A stretch of 64,000 bases of DNA from positions 1-64,000 of the IMG/VR virus record IMGVR_UViG_3300020442_002661. One strand, written 5' to 3'. A program made the translations under genes and the position numbers. Position 1 is the stretch's first letter. Each line of letters begins with the position of its first letter. Source of the DNA: a virus. Positions 18,171-28,251 of this stretch are shown here, one piece after another. Under the pieces are notes generated by a model. It saw only the letters and a program-made list of their open reading frames with translations. It did no database searches and had not been told where the DNA came from.

Positions 18171-18995
18171 GAGTTTAAGAGGTAAACCTTGAGAAATTTC
18201 TTCCACCGTCCATTCGGTGTAAGCATAGTCGTTTAGCCATTGACGCCTATCGCAGTACAATGGATTATCTATTTGACTAAAGTCTTGTAGTGCAACATCA
18301 TATGCTAAACTACTAGGGCCAGTAAATGCAGGTATGCCTTCTATTACACTGTGTATAGCTGGGTTACTACTCCAGTTTACAGTGGCATATATGTTTTTAA
18401 AATTCATATCAAAGTCGTCATATGTGCCATTAACATACTGCGGATCTTGTCGTTTTACATTATTAAATTCAGTCTCTATGTGTGGCAATCTACAACGTGG
18501 ATGAGGTCTAAATATAATCGGACGGTCAGTATGTTTTTGTATAGTGTCAATGGTTTCCATTACCCACGTACTCATCCGTGGCATGTTCTTCCATTGTAGA
18601 CTTTGTTCGTGTTGCCCGCATATTAAAATATATTCACCGTCATGGCGCCAAGATTTTAATTCTAATTCTAGTTTATCTGCACGTTCGCTTGTGTTGTTTA
18701 TAGGACCAAAATATGCATCGCGATTTATTCCATTAATTGCGACTTTCCAAGTCTTGCCCCTTTTGATGCCGCCGACTTCGAGTACAATGGTTGGTTTGGA
18801 TTGCTGAACGTTGCGTTCCCAGATAGCACGGTTTCCAGCCATACGACCGTTGAAAAGTACGCTCCAAATAACATCAATACCACTGTCACCATCAATGCTA
18901 ACACTATGCCCAAGAGCATTAGCGCCAGCGTGAAAGGCATCAAACACAGGGCCGCTATTGAGAGCGCCAAATCTTTTATGTAAGTTAAACTGCAT
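18150..18995 (-). CDS. KpsS/KpsC-like GT-B glycosyltransferase, paralog 1
   Basis: ILICGQHEQS, IIFRPHP, TVNWSSNPAIHSVIEGIP, RRQWLNDYAYTEWT. Confidence 0.65.
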   Translation of the reverse strand: MQFNLHKRFGALNSGPVFDAFHAGANALGHSVSIDGDSGIDVIWSVLFNGRMAGNRAIWERNVQQSKPTIVLEVGGIKRGKTWKVAINGINRDAYFGPINNTSERADKLELELKSWRHDGEYILICGQHEQSLQWKNMPRMSTWVMETIDTIQKHTDRPIIFRPHPRCRLPHIETEFNNVKRQDPQYVNGTYDDFDMNFKNIYATVNWSSNPAIHSVIEGIPAFTGPSSLAYDVALQDFSQIDNPLYCDRRQWLNDYAYTEWTVEEISQGLPLKLLTSKLK

Positions 18996-19842
18996 TCTGC
19001 CAATATTCTTCTTTCCTTAAATTGCCCATAAGGTCTTTCTTTTTACTTTTACCAGTATTTTTTCTATCACCTTTCATGTGATCTAAATATTTTCCTAGTT
19101 CACTGTTTATTAAAGGATGGCCTCCGCCGCCTGTCTTTGCAGTGTTTACATAAATGTTTGAACTATAATCTAAAACATTGTTGTCAATATTTTTCATTTG
19201 ATTAAGAATATGACCGAATACATAACTGTCATGCCATTCTTCTAATTCAAAAATTCCATTTTCAGCATCTTCATAAAATCTTTCAAACTCTTTGATAAAC
19301 TGCACACACATAGGATGTCTTCGATTTAATCCATACCAACCGCACTCTGGCCATGTTTGTGATCCTTTGCCTCTTCCTACATATGTTATCCATTTATCAT
19401 CTGGTAAAAAATTATCCCATGCTTCGTATGGAAAGTTACTATGTACGAATGTATCTGCATCTACCCATACTACCCAATCAGTGTCTGCATTTTGAAATGC
19501 ATCAAATACTGCATAAACTTTATTACTGAATCTTATTGCATGCCATTTAAACTCTTTATGCCAATCTCTAGGTCGCCTTGCTTTAATATCATCTGGTGGA
19601 ATACCGTTTGCTTTTGGCACATTGCCCCATCTTGTCTTAAATGCATTTAGTTTTGGCAAGGCTTCAAATTGGTCAAATATTTTTATTTGCACAGGATCTG
19701 GATTTCTAGGGTTACAACTTTCTGCATACACAACAAGTTTAATTTTTTTGCTAACATTGTCAGCGAAACTATCTATAAATCTTTGTCCGTATTTTTCCAT
19801 TCCTTCAGGATGAAAGGTTGTGATAGCCGTAATTGTTTTCAT
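18985..19842 (-). CDS. GT-A fold nucleotide-diphospho-sugar transferase
   Basis: AIRFSNKVYA, WVDAD (DxD), ECG, WHDS, HMKG. Confidence 0.7.
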   Translation of the reverse strand: MKTITAITTFHPEGMEKYGQRFIDSFADNVSKKIKLVVYAESCNPRNPDPVQIKIFDQFEALPKLNAFKTRWGNVPKANGIPPDDIKARRPRDWHKEFKWHAIRFSNKVYAVFDAFQNADTDWVVWVDADTFVHSNFPYEAWDNFLPDDKWITYVGRGKGSQTWPECGWYGLNRRHPMCVQFIKEFERFYEDAENGIFELEEWHDSYVFGHILNQMKNIDNNVLDYSSNIYVNTAKTGGGGHPLINSELGKYLDHMKGDRKNTGKSKKKDLMGNLRKEEYWQNAV

Positions 19843-20787
19843 TTAATTTTCCTTAATCGCATATTTACGCAAATGTCGCCATGCTTCGCCTGTATTTAAT
19901 TCGTCTAATGTCCAATGACATTGTGCCATTTTATGTAACCAAGTTTCTCTATCAAATTCTCTTGGCTTTTCTATATCAGCAAGATCATGATGTACAACAT
20001 CACTTGCTTGACTACGTATTGCGTCTGTTTGGAATGTTGGTATGCCTTCTATTACACCTGCAATAGCTGGACTACTATTATGATTAACAATAGCATATGC
20101 ACCTGCAAAATCATCACGCATTGTAGTTTGCCTACTTAATCTTAAATTTTTTATTCTATATTTTGCAAGCACTCTAACATGATTTCGTACATGCTTGTCA
20201 CCTGGATGGAACCTTATAACAATTTCTCTATCAGTATGTTCTCTAACTCTTGTCACTGTATTAAGTATCCATTGCACTACAGGTTGTTGATCCATACTCC
20301 AACCGCCGTCTCTTTGGCAACAAAACAACAAGTAACTACCTTTATTTAAGTTCCAGTCTTTAACATTAATGTTTAGATCTTGTTTTAATTTTTGCCATCT
20401 GTGCGGATTTGGGTTGTCATAACAGTACTCTCCTGTCGTAGGAAAGATACCATCATAACTATATCTTAGATATCCTTTTGTATTACCAGGATCAAATGCT
20501 AAAAATAAATTTGCATCAACAATAATGCTACGTTTGCCTCTTGCAATTTGATTATCCATTACTTGTCTACGTAAGCGTAAGTGCGGAACATTTTTACTTC
20601 CGGGATGTACAAAGCCTTGTATGACTGCAACATCTGTGTTAATTGCTTGCCATCCTGTAACAACAGCACCTTTGTCGCCACAAGCGTTTACACCATTAAT
20701 AAAGTTCTTAATAATTTTAGGCTTCTCTGGATTTTCATTTCCCGGAGGTATACCTTTTAGATATGATGCTACACTAATTTGACTCAT
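19843..20787 (-). CDS. KpsS/KpsC-like GT-B glycosyltransferase, paralog 2
   Basis: LFCCQRDGG, IVIRFHP, VNHNSSPAIAGVIEGIP, RETWL..MAQCHWT. Confidence 0.65.
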   Translation of the reverse strand: MSQISVASYLKGIPPGNENPEKPKIIKNFINGVNACGDKGAVVTGWQAINTDVAVIQGFVHPGSKNVPHLRLRRQVMDNQIARGKRSIIVDANLFLAFDPGNTKGYLRYSYDGIFPTTGEYCYDNPNPHRWQKLKQDLNINVKDWNLNKGSYLLFCCQRDGGWSMDQQPVVQWILNTVTRVREHTDREIVIRFHPGDKHVRNHVRVLAKYRIKNLRLSRQTTMRDDFAGAYAIVNHNSSPAIAGVIEGIPTFQTDAIRSQASDVVHHDLADIEKPREFDRETWLHKMAQCHWTLDELNTGEAWRHLRKYAIKEN

Positions 20788-21620
20788 GCTATACCATACT
20801 CCTGAATAAGTTTGTATGCCAACCCACTCTTTAGTTCACTTGTTTGATACTGACAATAACCTAACCAATGTAACCATTGTTGAACTTTGTCTGCGTCTGC
20901 ATAGTAAGGTGTTTCAATCTTACTTAAATCTTTTAAACATAACTCATCTGCGGCGCCTGGTGCGCCTGTAAATGCAGGAACACCGTAGTGTACTGCTTCT
21001 GTTGCCGCAATACTATTATAAGTTACAAGAGCAAAGATATGATCCTCATCTAACTGATTATACAAACTACCATTACCAACACGTTCTCTACGTAATCCTT
21101 TATCACGCACTATGATAGGTCTATCAGTATGTTTTTTAATTTCGTCTATTGTTTCTTTTACCCAAGCATCACGTGTTATACCATAATACTTACACGGTTT
21201 TTCACTAGGTGTTACAACGAGTATAGCCTTACCATTCTTTTTCCAACCAGGCCACATCATATTGTACTTCCAATTCATTAGCCTAATGTTTTTCCATCTA
21301 TCTTCAGGTAAGTCCCAAACAACTTTACTGTGTTGCATTCCGTTGCGAACTACACGATGCCATATCTTACGTTTTTCTCTATTACCTAAATATCCTGTAT
21401 CAATATAATAAAATTCTCTGCCTTGGTTCTCGCATGTCTTAACTATTTTCCTGCCAGTCATTCCCCTAAATGCAACTGGTTGATCTACTGGATAATTACG
21501 TAAGTCTTTGAAGCCATTCACATATTTTGCATCAACGCCTTCAACCCAATTTGTTAAAATTAGATCTGCTTCATCAATTGCAAGATGTTTAACGCCGTCA
21601 TCTAGTTTTGTTTGTTTCAT
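20784..21620 (-). CDS. KpsS/KpsC-like GT-B glycosyltransferase, paralog 3 (no HP motif)
   Basis: YIDTGY, TDRPIIVRDK, LVTYNSIAATEAVHYGVP, WLHWLGYCQY. Confidence 0.6.
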   Translation of the reverse strand: MKQTKLDDGVKHLAIDEADLILTNWVEGVDAKYVNGFKDLRNYPVDQPVAFRGMTGRKIVKTCENQGREFYYIDTGYLGNREKRKIWHRVVRNGMQHSKVVWDLPEDRWKNIRLMNWKYNMMWPGWKKNGKAILVVTPSEKPCKYYGITRDAWVKETIDEIKKHTDRPIIVRDKGLRRERVGNGSLYNQLDEDHIFALVTYNSIAATEAVHYGVPAFTGAPGAADELCLKDLSKIETPYYADADKVQQWLHWLGYCQYQTSELKSGLAYKLIQEYGIA

Positions 21621-21627
21621 AACTTTC

Positions 21628-22302
21628 CTATTTCATCATATCGGCAAGTTCGTGCTTCCAAAGCTCATGGAATTCACAATGCCTATAATTTTCAAACCAC
21701 GGACCACCTTCTGTGTAGTGAATTAGTTTTGGATCAGCAATGTCATTATACACACCAACTAAGTAATTCCATGTATGATCTAACTTTCCAATTTCTTTAT
21801 CTTCAAGCCAACTAAATCTATGTAGGTATGCTCCTGTAATTTCTGGATCATTAACTAATTTTTGAGTAATAAAACTGTTGCTAGGATGTTCACAGTTCCA
21901 TAATACCATACTTGACCAATTCTTACGTGGATAGATAGTTTGTTTTTGTCCGTCCATTTTTGTGCTTTCTTCAACCTTATAATCATGATGCACACACATA
22001 ACAGCATATCTATCATCTGCTTGATCAAACAATTCTTGTATGTCTGTTGTCAGAATCATATCACTATCCATAAACACTGCCCAGCCTTTAAAGTTAGTAA
22101 GCTCTGGAATAAGAAAACGTGTAAATGTAAATTCTGTACTTGCAAGTTTATCTATAGGCCTTGTATACCAACCTGCATCTCTTAATTCTTGCTGTTTAAG
22201 TGGACGTATATCTACGTTTTCACTTTTAGTTTCAATACTATGTTTACAAACTTGATACGCAATATCTTCTCTAGTATCATATCCAATAAAAACTTTATTC
22301 AT
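21628..22302 (-). CDS. GT8-like glycosyltransferase; start moved to ATG 22302
   Basis: VFIGYDTRE, STEFTFTRFL, FMDSD, RKNWSS, WNYLVG, HYTEGGPW. Confidence 0.8.
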   Translation of the reverse strand: MNKVFIGYDTREDIAYQVCKHSIETKSENVDIRPLKQQELRDAGWYTRPIDKLASTEFTFTRFLIPELTNFKGWAVFMDSDMILTTDIQELFDQADDRYAVMCVHHDYKVEESTKMDGQKQTIYPRKNWSSMVLWNCEHPSNSFITQKLVNDPEITGAYLHRFSWLEDKEIGKLDHTWNYLVGVYNDIADPKLIHYTEGGPWFENYRHCEFHELWKHELADMMK

Positions 22303-23075
22303 TAATCCCTTCTTTCTATATCTTCTTCGTAACACTCGCCCCATTGAATTTCTAGTATATGACTATTTACTTCTCCAGGATTAGATGCTTTATGCCAAAC
22401 TTCTTTCTCAATTTCATATGGCATACCGTGCGGTTGTAAAGTAACTTCGTTACTTAGACTATTCCATTCTGTTTTCATATTTACTAGACCCTCTAATATA
22501 ATCCATTGTTCAGAACGTTTAAAATGTTTTTGATCGCTTAAACTTTTGCCTGGATAAATTACAAGTTCTTTAACCTTATATCCTTGTGCAGGTTTATCAT
22601 CTAAAACTCTCCAATACCCCCATTCACGCTCTGTCTTCTGCGTTTTCCATTCATCTAGTATCCAACTACTTGAATTCATTTTATTTTCACCACCAACTCC
22701 AAACTTAAAGTCTACCCAAGAAGTGTCCCCATAAGTTTTAAATTCTGGTGTTGTTGTATTTGTTCTATCGCCACCGTTTGCGAATATAACTTTTGTTCCT
22801 GAACCATGTGTAGCAAGCGTTTTATATATAGCACCACATGCACTATCGTCTCTGTCATCAAAACTAATTACTTTATCCACAACTTCAAGAGCTTCTATAA
22901 TACTTGCCCTATCCTTAAATTGCATAAAAGGTCTACCTTTTTTACGAGTAAGCCATTCGTCAGAGTTTAGTCCAACATGTAATTCTGCTCCTAAACTTTT
23001 TGCGGCTTTAAAGTATTCAATGTGACCTGAATGAAGAGGATCAAATCCTCCTGTAACTAGTACGATTCTTTTCAT
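22302..23075 (-). CDS. sugar/polyol-phosphate nucleotidyltransferase fused to a mannose-6-phosphate-isomerase-type cupin
   Basis: TGGFDPLHSGH, GLNSDEWLTRKKG, FANGGDR; then EREWGYWRVL, LSDQKHFKRSEQW, ILEIQWG. Confidence 0.85.
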   Translation of the reverse strand: MKRIVLVTGGFDPLHSGHIEYFKAAKSLGAELHVGLNSDEWLTRKKGRPFMQFKDRASIIEALEVVDKVISFDDRDDSACGAIYKTLATHGSGTKVIFANGGDRTNTTTPEFKTYGDTSWVDFKFGVGGENKMNSSSWILDEWKTQKTEREWGYWRVLDDKPAQGYKVKELVIYPGKSLSDQKHFKRSEQWIILEGLVNMKTEWNSLSNEVTLQPHGMPYEIEKEVWHKASNPGEVNSHILEIQWGECYEEDIERRD

Positions 23076-23080
23076 ACTGA

Positions 23081-23109
23081 TATTTATATACGTAGTTTAC
23101 ACATAAATA
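23081..23109. promoter_or_regulatory. back-to-back T4-late-like promoters
   Basis: TATAAATA on minus (23081-23088) and CATAAATA on plus (23102-23109), each 5 nt from an ATG. Confidence 0.7.
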
Positions 23110-23114
23110 ATTTT

Positions 23115-23723
23115 ATGGTTGAGATCAAACAATTATGGACAGGAAGTAAACATACAGTTATAAGTTTTTCTGGTATTGGAACTACTATCGAAGGTGCCAA
23201 TCAAGAATTTTATAATTTAAAAAACAACGGTTACAATGTAATATGGGTCATTGATAAAGATAATAGTTACTTCACATCTATCAATCCGCAAGACATAATA
23301 AGCCAAATTAAAACGGAAAATGTCTACACAATAGGTCAAAGTATGGGCGGCTTTAATGCAATAACATTTGCAAGTTTATATAATATTAAAAAAGTTTTGG
23401 CATTTACTCCCCAATATAGTATGGATCCTGAGATTGTTCCTTGGGAAACTAGATGGCGGAAACAAATCAAAAGAATAAATTTCAAATATAAAAAATTAAA
23501 CTTTGTAAATTGGACTGACTATACTATTATTACAGGTCATAAAGGTGCAGATAAAAAACATATAGATATGATCCCTAAGCAAAAAAATATTAATATCCAA
23601 CAGGTTTACGGGCATCATACAGTTGCACAAAACTTTAAAAAAGCTGGTACAATGTATAAACTAATTAATGATTATTTCCTGAATGATGTAAAAATAACAA
23701 AAGATTATTTGGCAGGCTTATAA
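23115..23723 (+). CDS. alpha/beta-hydrolase-fold protein
   Basis: ISFSGIG, nucleophile elbow GQSMGG, PQ, D and GHH candidates for a triad. Confidence 0.7.
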   Translation: MVEIKQLWTGSKHTVISFSGIGTTIEGANQEFYNLKNNGYNVIWVIDKDNSYFTSINPQDIISQIKTENVYTIGQSMGGFNAITFASLYNIKKVLAFTPQYSMDPEIVPWETRWRKQIKRINFKYKKLNFVNWTDYTIITGHKGADKKHIDMIPKQKNINIQQVYGHHTVAQNFKKAGTMYKLINDYFLNDVKITKDYLAGL

Positions 23724-24193
23724 CATTCTACATATAAATGTTTATTAGTAACCTTCTTCAAACTCTTAATATCGCGAAAGTTGTAGTCTTTAAGTAGTTG
23801 TTCAAGCAACTGAAAATCGTACCCACTTTTGTGAACGTCCCAAAGATCAAATTCGCCTTCTCTTTGCCAACCCCAAAAGCCTGCCTTTGCATGATCCATA
23901 TTAGATCTTTGTAGCCATTGGTTAATATGAAATGCCATATTAGGCAACATCATTGACATTTTGCCGCCTGGCTTTAATATATTATACCATGCTTGTAATA
24001 CTTTTTCGCCTTGAATGAAAGTAAGATGTTCAAAAAAATGTCTAGAAAATATTTCGTCTACAGTGTTTAGTTCAACATGTCTTTCAATTTCCCATGCTGG
24101 ACATACAAAATCTACACCTGGTACATTCCTTATGTCGCATGTTTTGAATCCTGCCATTGTAGGATTCTCTCCCGAACCAAACTCTATATTCAT
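23705..24193 (-). CDS. SAM-dependent methyltransferase (type 11-like)
   Basis: IEFGSG, SRHFFEHL, ILKPGG. Confidence 0.8.
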   Translation of the reverse strand: MNIEFGSGENPTMAGFKTCDIRNVPGVDFVCPAWEIERHVELNTVDEIFSRHFFEHLTFIQGEKVLQAWYNILKPGGKMSMMLPNMAFHINQWLQRSNMDHAKAGFWGWQREGEFDLWDVHKSGYDFQLLEQLLKDYNFRDIKSLKKVTNKHLYVECYKPAK

Positions 24194-25089
24194 TCATATT
24201 TCTTTCTTAAATGTTCCCATGGCAAGCCAGCAATACATTCGTCTTCTCGCCATTGACAGTATCCTAAATTATTTAACCATTGTTGCCTTTCAAACATTAC
24301 TGGTTGTTCAATCAATTTTAAACTTTTATTTGAAACATCATATGCCATACAACTTGGACACATGCTAAAAGTAGGAATGCCTTCCATTGCACTTTCTGTT
24401 AAGGCATTACTGTTAAATCCAACAACACACCAAGCATCATCAAAGTCTCTTTGTAAACCTGCTCCGCCTTCTAGTAATCCTGCACCATCTGTATTTTTGC
24501 TTATCTCTACATCAAAGTCTTTTAGAACTTCCATTTGTCTGTCTTGCCTTAACGGATGCATACGCACACGTATTGGTCTATCTGTATAAGTTTGTATCTC
24601 TTTAAGCGTATGACTAACAAACCCTTTATAAGTTCCGTGCTTTTTAAGTAAATTTACAAGACTACTATCGCCAGGACGTTGTAAAATAACAAGAACATAG
24701 TCGCCATTAGATTGCCAATCTTTTACAGTTAAATTTTGATCTTGTTTAATTTGTTCCCATCTATCGCTTGGACTATTTTCATTACAGTAATCACCTTCAT
24801 CTCTAAAATAACTTGTCCAACTGTATCTATGATATGCCATTGGATTTGGTGGTGCTGGCATATTTTTTCTAAACACTGCGCTTTCTGTAACAATATAAGG
24901 CTTGCCAGAATCCTTTACATATTTGTATATGTGTCCAATTTTCTTTTCTTTTTTTGATCCTGATTGGTTACTTTGCACAAGCACGTCTGCTGTTTCTATA
25001 GAATCTACATCTGCAAATGGAACCGTTATCCAATCTTTAGGTAGCGGATGATAACTCCACATTAATTCTTCAATAGCGACTATTTTCAA
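24190..25089 (-). CDS. KpsS/KpsC-like GT-B glycosyltransferase, paralog 4
   Basis: VILQRPGDSS (QxxxD), IRVRMHP, VVGFNSNALTESAMEGIP, RQQWLNNLGYCQW. Confidence 0.7.
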   Translation of the reverse strand: MKIVAIEELMWSYHPLPKDWITVPFADVDSIETADVLVQSNQSGSKKEKKIGHIYKYVKDSGKPYIVTESAVFRKNMPAPPNPMAYHRYSWTSYFRDEGDYCNENSPSDRWEQIKQDQNLTVKDWQSNGDYVLVILQRPGDSSLVNLLKKHGTYKGFVSHTLKEIQTYTDRPIRVRMHPLRQDRQMEVLKDFDVEISKNTDGAGLLEGGAGLQRDFDDAWCVVGFNSNALTESAMEGIPTFSMCPSCMAYDVSNKSLKLIEQPVMFERQQWLNNLGYCQWREDECIAGLPWEHLRKKYE

Positions 25090-25630
25090 AGAACAATCCT
25101 CTGTTTCTTACAAATGCTTTTTTACTTCTATGTGCATTCATAGTGCTTGCTTGTCTAATAAACTTTGTGTACGTTTGATTATGAAAGAATCCATATTCTT
25201 TAAATTTGTCTATCCAGTATTGCTCTTCTTGTAAGTTTACATGATGATGCCCTTTCCAACCTGGAGGTGCATATGTCATAATAACATACTTACATTGTTG
25301 AAACGCTGGCATATAATTTGGTTGATATTGTTCGTATACATGTTCAACAAATTCTACACTCCAACCTAAATCAAATTTCTCTTTGATAGGAGCAGGACCT
25401 TTTGTAAAATCGTGTAATAAAAAATTGCTTGAATTTTTTCTTTCTAGTGTATAGTCACCGTCAACACCTAAAACTTTTAATCCTTTTTGTTCAGCAAGCT
25501 CAACCATACCTCCTGGGCCACATCCAATATCGAGATATGTTTCAATACCTAATGTATCAAGACACCAATTAATGACACCTTCATCTAGGTGTGTTTTATT
25601 TCCGTGTCCGCCTAAATGTTCTTCAAGCAT
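25070..25630 (-). CDS. SAM-dependent methyltransferase
   Basis: LDIGCGPG, GVDGD, SVEFVEHV, GHHHVN...YW. Confidence 0.85.
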   Translation of the reverse strand: MLEEHLGGHGNKTHLDEGVINWCLDTLGIETYLDIGCGPGGMVELAEQKGLKVLGVDGDYTLERKNSSNFLLHDFTKGPAPIKEKFDLGWSVEFVEHVYEQYQPNYMPAFQQCKYVIMTYAPPGWKGHHHVNLQEEQYWIDKFKEYGFFHNQTYTKFIRQASTMNAHRSKKAFVRNRGLFFENSRY

Positions 25631-26417
25631 GTTTAGGATCCTTACCTCTAGCTTCTTGCAATAAAAATCTTTTCATAAATTTGTGTTGCAAACGTTCTTT
25701 ATTCTTACCTTTTGTATGTACCATAAATTCATTTATGCCGCTGTTGTTAAAAGGACTTTTGTTATCTTTAGGTGTTGGATTTAAATTATGAAACATGCTT
25801 TGATCTTCATATCCTAGTCTAAGTTGAAAGAAAATCCAACTGTCATGTGTTTCACGCAGATGTTCTAATCCATTTTTGTATTCATTTTCATATTTTTCTA
25901 AAAAGATTTTTGCGAAAGGTAGTTTTAAATTAAAGCTCATAAGTCCACACTCGTCATAAGTGTCTGGTCTACCTAAATATGATATTGCTTTTGTCTGCGG
26001 AAATAAACTAGATAATCTTGCATCGGTTACAGGTTGATGCATTAGTACATCTGCATCTAACCAAACTACTGTATTTGATACTTGCTGTTTTGCTTCAGCA
26101 AAAATTGCAAATGTTTTGTGAGCAAACTTAATTGCATTCCATTTGAATGCTTTTGAACTACCTTCTAGTTTGCGTCCTATTTGTCCATTGTAGTGTGGAT
26201 TGTCTTTGTATTTTTCTTTGAATTCTAACAACTGAGGACAACTTTTATACAAGTCTTTTGTTGTTACTCTATTACTAAATGCATCTAAGTTAATATTATC
26301 TTCTGTGTAAATTATAATTTCGCAACTGTCAGAAAGATATTTGTCCCAACTTAGTAAGTTAGTTTTTGATGTAGATTTCCAATATTCTTGATTTAAACTT
26401 GTAACAAATGTGTACAT
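25623..26417 (-). CDS. GT-A fold transferase; paralog of 18985..19842
   Basis: FKWNAIKFAHK, WLDAD, ECG, THDS, HTKG. Confidence 0.7.
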   Translation of the reverse strand: MYTFVTSLNQEYWKSTSKTNLLSWDKYLSDSCEIIIYTEDNINLDAFSNRVTTKDLYKSCPQLLEFKEKYKDNPHYNGQIGRKLEGSSKAFKWNAIKFAHKTFAIFAEAKQQVSNTVVWLDADVLMHQPVTDARLSSLFPQTKAISYLGRPDTYDECGLMSFNLKLPFAKIFLEKYENEYKNGLEHLRETHDSWIFFQLRLGYEDQSMFHNLNPTPKDNKSPFNNSGINEFMVHTKGKNKERLQHKFMKRFLLQEARGKDPKHA

Positions 26418-26872
26418 TATAACGTAGCGTCCTCCATACCAGCAACTCTCAGCTTGACAATATTAGTTATCTGCCATTGCTTCTGGTCTAGAGCTTTTAA
26501 GACTCCTAACCATTTGTTACGTAGTAAGGCGAACTCGTTAATAATCTTTTCATAGTCAACAACATCTGCTTCGCCGTCGACATATTTTTCAACGTCACGA
26601 CTTGATAATGCTCGTTGATAATTTTCTAAATATTTTTTGAAATACGAGCTACGCAATCTACGTAGCTCGATATTCATATAGTTTAGTATAGCTTCAATTT
26701 CTTGAAGTTGGTTAAATCGGTGTTCAACAATACCCGGCATAGCCGCAGATGCTCTTTCAACATTGCCACTAAGTTTACATTCTACTTTTGCATCTTCAAG
26801 TTCACTTTCAAAGAACTGAATTGCAGTAGGTATCTTACCAATGTCTCTTGATATCTCGCTATACCAACCCAT
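26417..26872 (-). CDS. uvsY: recombination mediator (UvsY-like)
   Basis: Helical, DVEKYVDGE...WQITNIVKLR, two genes downstream of uvsX. Confidence 0.7.
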   Translation of the reverse strand: MGWYSEISRDIGKIPTAIQFFESELEDAKVECKLSGNVERASAAMPGIVEHRFNQLQEIEAILNYMNIELRRLRSSYFKKYLENYQRALSSRDVEKYVDGEADVVDYEKIINEFALLRNKWLGVLKALDQKQWQITNIVKLRVAGMEDATL

Positions 26873-27111
26873 TATTCATCCCAATCAAAACCGTCTTCGT
26901 TGTCATACACTTCTTCTGCATCTTCATCCAAATAATAGTGTATTGCATTATCGAGTATGTTATCTGCACCTAGGGCTTCTCTAAAAGTGTTATCTTCTGT
27001 ACCCATATCTGCAAGCAAATCAACATAGCGTTCTGCGGCTGTGTCAATATGCTTCTTATCTAAATACTCTTTAAAGCACATCCAAAACTCTTGAATCTGT
27101 TCTTCAGTCAT
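26872..27111 (-). CDS. small acidic hypothetical protein
   Basis: 79-aa ORF overlapping both neighbours. Confidence 0.7.
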   Translation of the reverse strand: MTEEQIQEFWMCFKEYLDKKHIDTAAERYVDLLADMGTEDNTFREALGADNILDNAIHYYLDEDAEEVYDNEDGFDWDE

Positions 27112-28195
27112 TAATTACAGGCTCCTCAACGTGATTTTCGATTTCGACTGTGTCGTCGTCTTCGGTATTTACCACGGAAGCCTCTTTTTGTAGGTAATCT
27201 GACATAACTTTGTCAAGAAGTTCACCTGACCAATTTTTACGATATTCAAGTAATTCTTCGCCTGCTGTTGTAACATATTTTAAACGATTGCCTTGCTTTT
27301 CGATAACACCTTTTTTCTCAAAAAGTTCAAGTAGTCCACTGTAAGGATTCATACCTGTTTCGTATGGAATCTTTACCTGTACACCTTCGAAAGGCTTAGC
27401 GTAACGTGTTTTCATTACCTTACAACCTGCACGAATACCACGTACTTCGCTGATCTTGTTGCCATCTTCATCTTCTTTTAGTTTTAGTTTTTTCATTGCT
27501 ACAACAATTGAAGATGCATAGATAAAGCCTTGACCACCTGAAATCTTATCATCTGGATCAAACATGTCTTGCGATGCATATGTGTGGTTAGTACATACAA
27601 GTCCTACATTATGTGAACCAATCATGTTAACTGTGTTACGAACAAGTGCAGTCAATGCCTTAGGCTTACGACCCATATCACCTTTCATATCACCTTTGTT
27701 AAACTGATCAACATCTGTAGGTGTTAGTAACATACCTAAACTATCAATAACAAACAACACTTTAGGGCGTTCTTCTTCTGCCATTGCTTTATAGTCTGTC
27801 ATAAACACACTAATAGTTTTAGCAACGTCATCAATCATTGACATGTTTAATTTAAGTAGTTTATCTTCACTTGTATCTACATCTAGTGCATGTAGCCAAG
27901 TTTCATCAAGTGCGTTCTCTGAGTCAATAAGAACTACAAAGATACCTTGTTCTTGTGCGGCTTTTACGATATTGCCTGCACAAATGTAACTTTTACCTGC
28001 ACCACTTTCGCCTGCAAATACAGTTACCTTACCTAGTGGAACACCTTTGTGAAAGTCTCCTGATACTAGATAGTTGAGTGCATAATTACCTGTACCAATC
28101 CAATCAGTAGGATCGTTAAATCCTGCACTCATGCCTGAAATAGATTTAGTTAGTTGTGTCCTAAACTTAGTAGGATCAAACGACTTTGTTGCCAT
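27104..28195 (-). CDS. uvsX: RecA-family recombinase (UvsX-like)
   Basis: TGNYALN, GESGAGKS, IDSENA, IDSLG, TNHTY, SGGQGFIYASS. Confidence 0.93.
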   Translation of the reverse strand: MATKSFDPTKFRTQLTKSISGMSAGFNDPTDWIGTGNYALNYLVSGDFHKGVPLGKVTVFAGESGAGKSYICAGNIVKAAQEQGIFVVLIDSENALDETWLHALDVDTSEDKLLKLNMSMIDDVAKTISVFMTDYKAMAEEERPKVLFVIDSLGMLLTPTDVDQFNKGDMKGDMGRKPKALTALVRNTVNMIGSHNVGLVCTNHTYASQDMFDPDDKISGGQGFIYASSIVVAMKKLKLKEDEDGNKISEVRGIRAGCKVMKTRYAKPFEGVQVKIPYETGMNPYSGLLELFEKKGVIEKQGNRLKYVTTAGEELLEYRKNWSGELLDKVMSDYLQKEASVVNTEDDDTVEIENHVEEPVIND

Positions 28196-28210
28196 AATTA
28201 CTCCTATATT

Positions 28211-28242
28211 AAAAAGCCTTAGTAGGGGATTGCTCCCCTACT
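28211..28242 (-). terminator. intrinsic terminator or processing hairpin after ssb
   Basis: 9-bp stem AGTAGGGGA/TCCCCTACT, GCAA loop, T-run 5 nt downstream. Confidence 0.7.
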
Positions 28243-28251
28243 GTGTTAATT

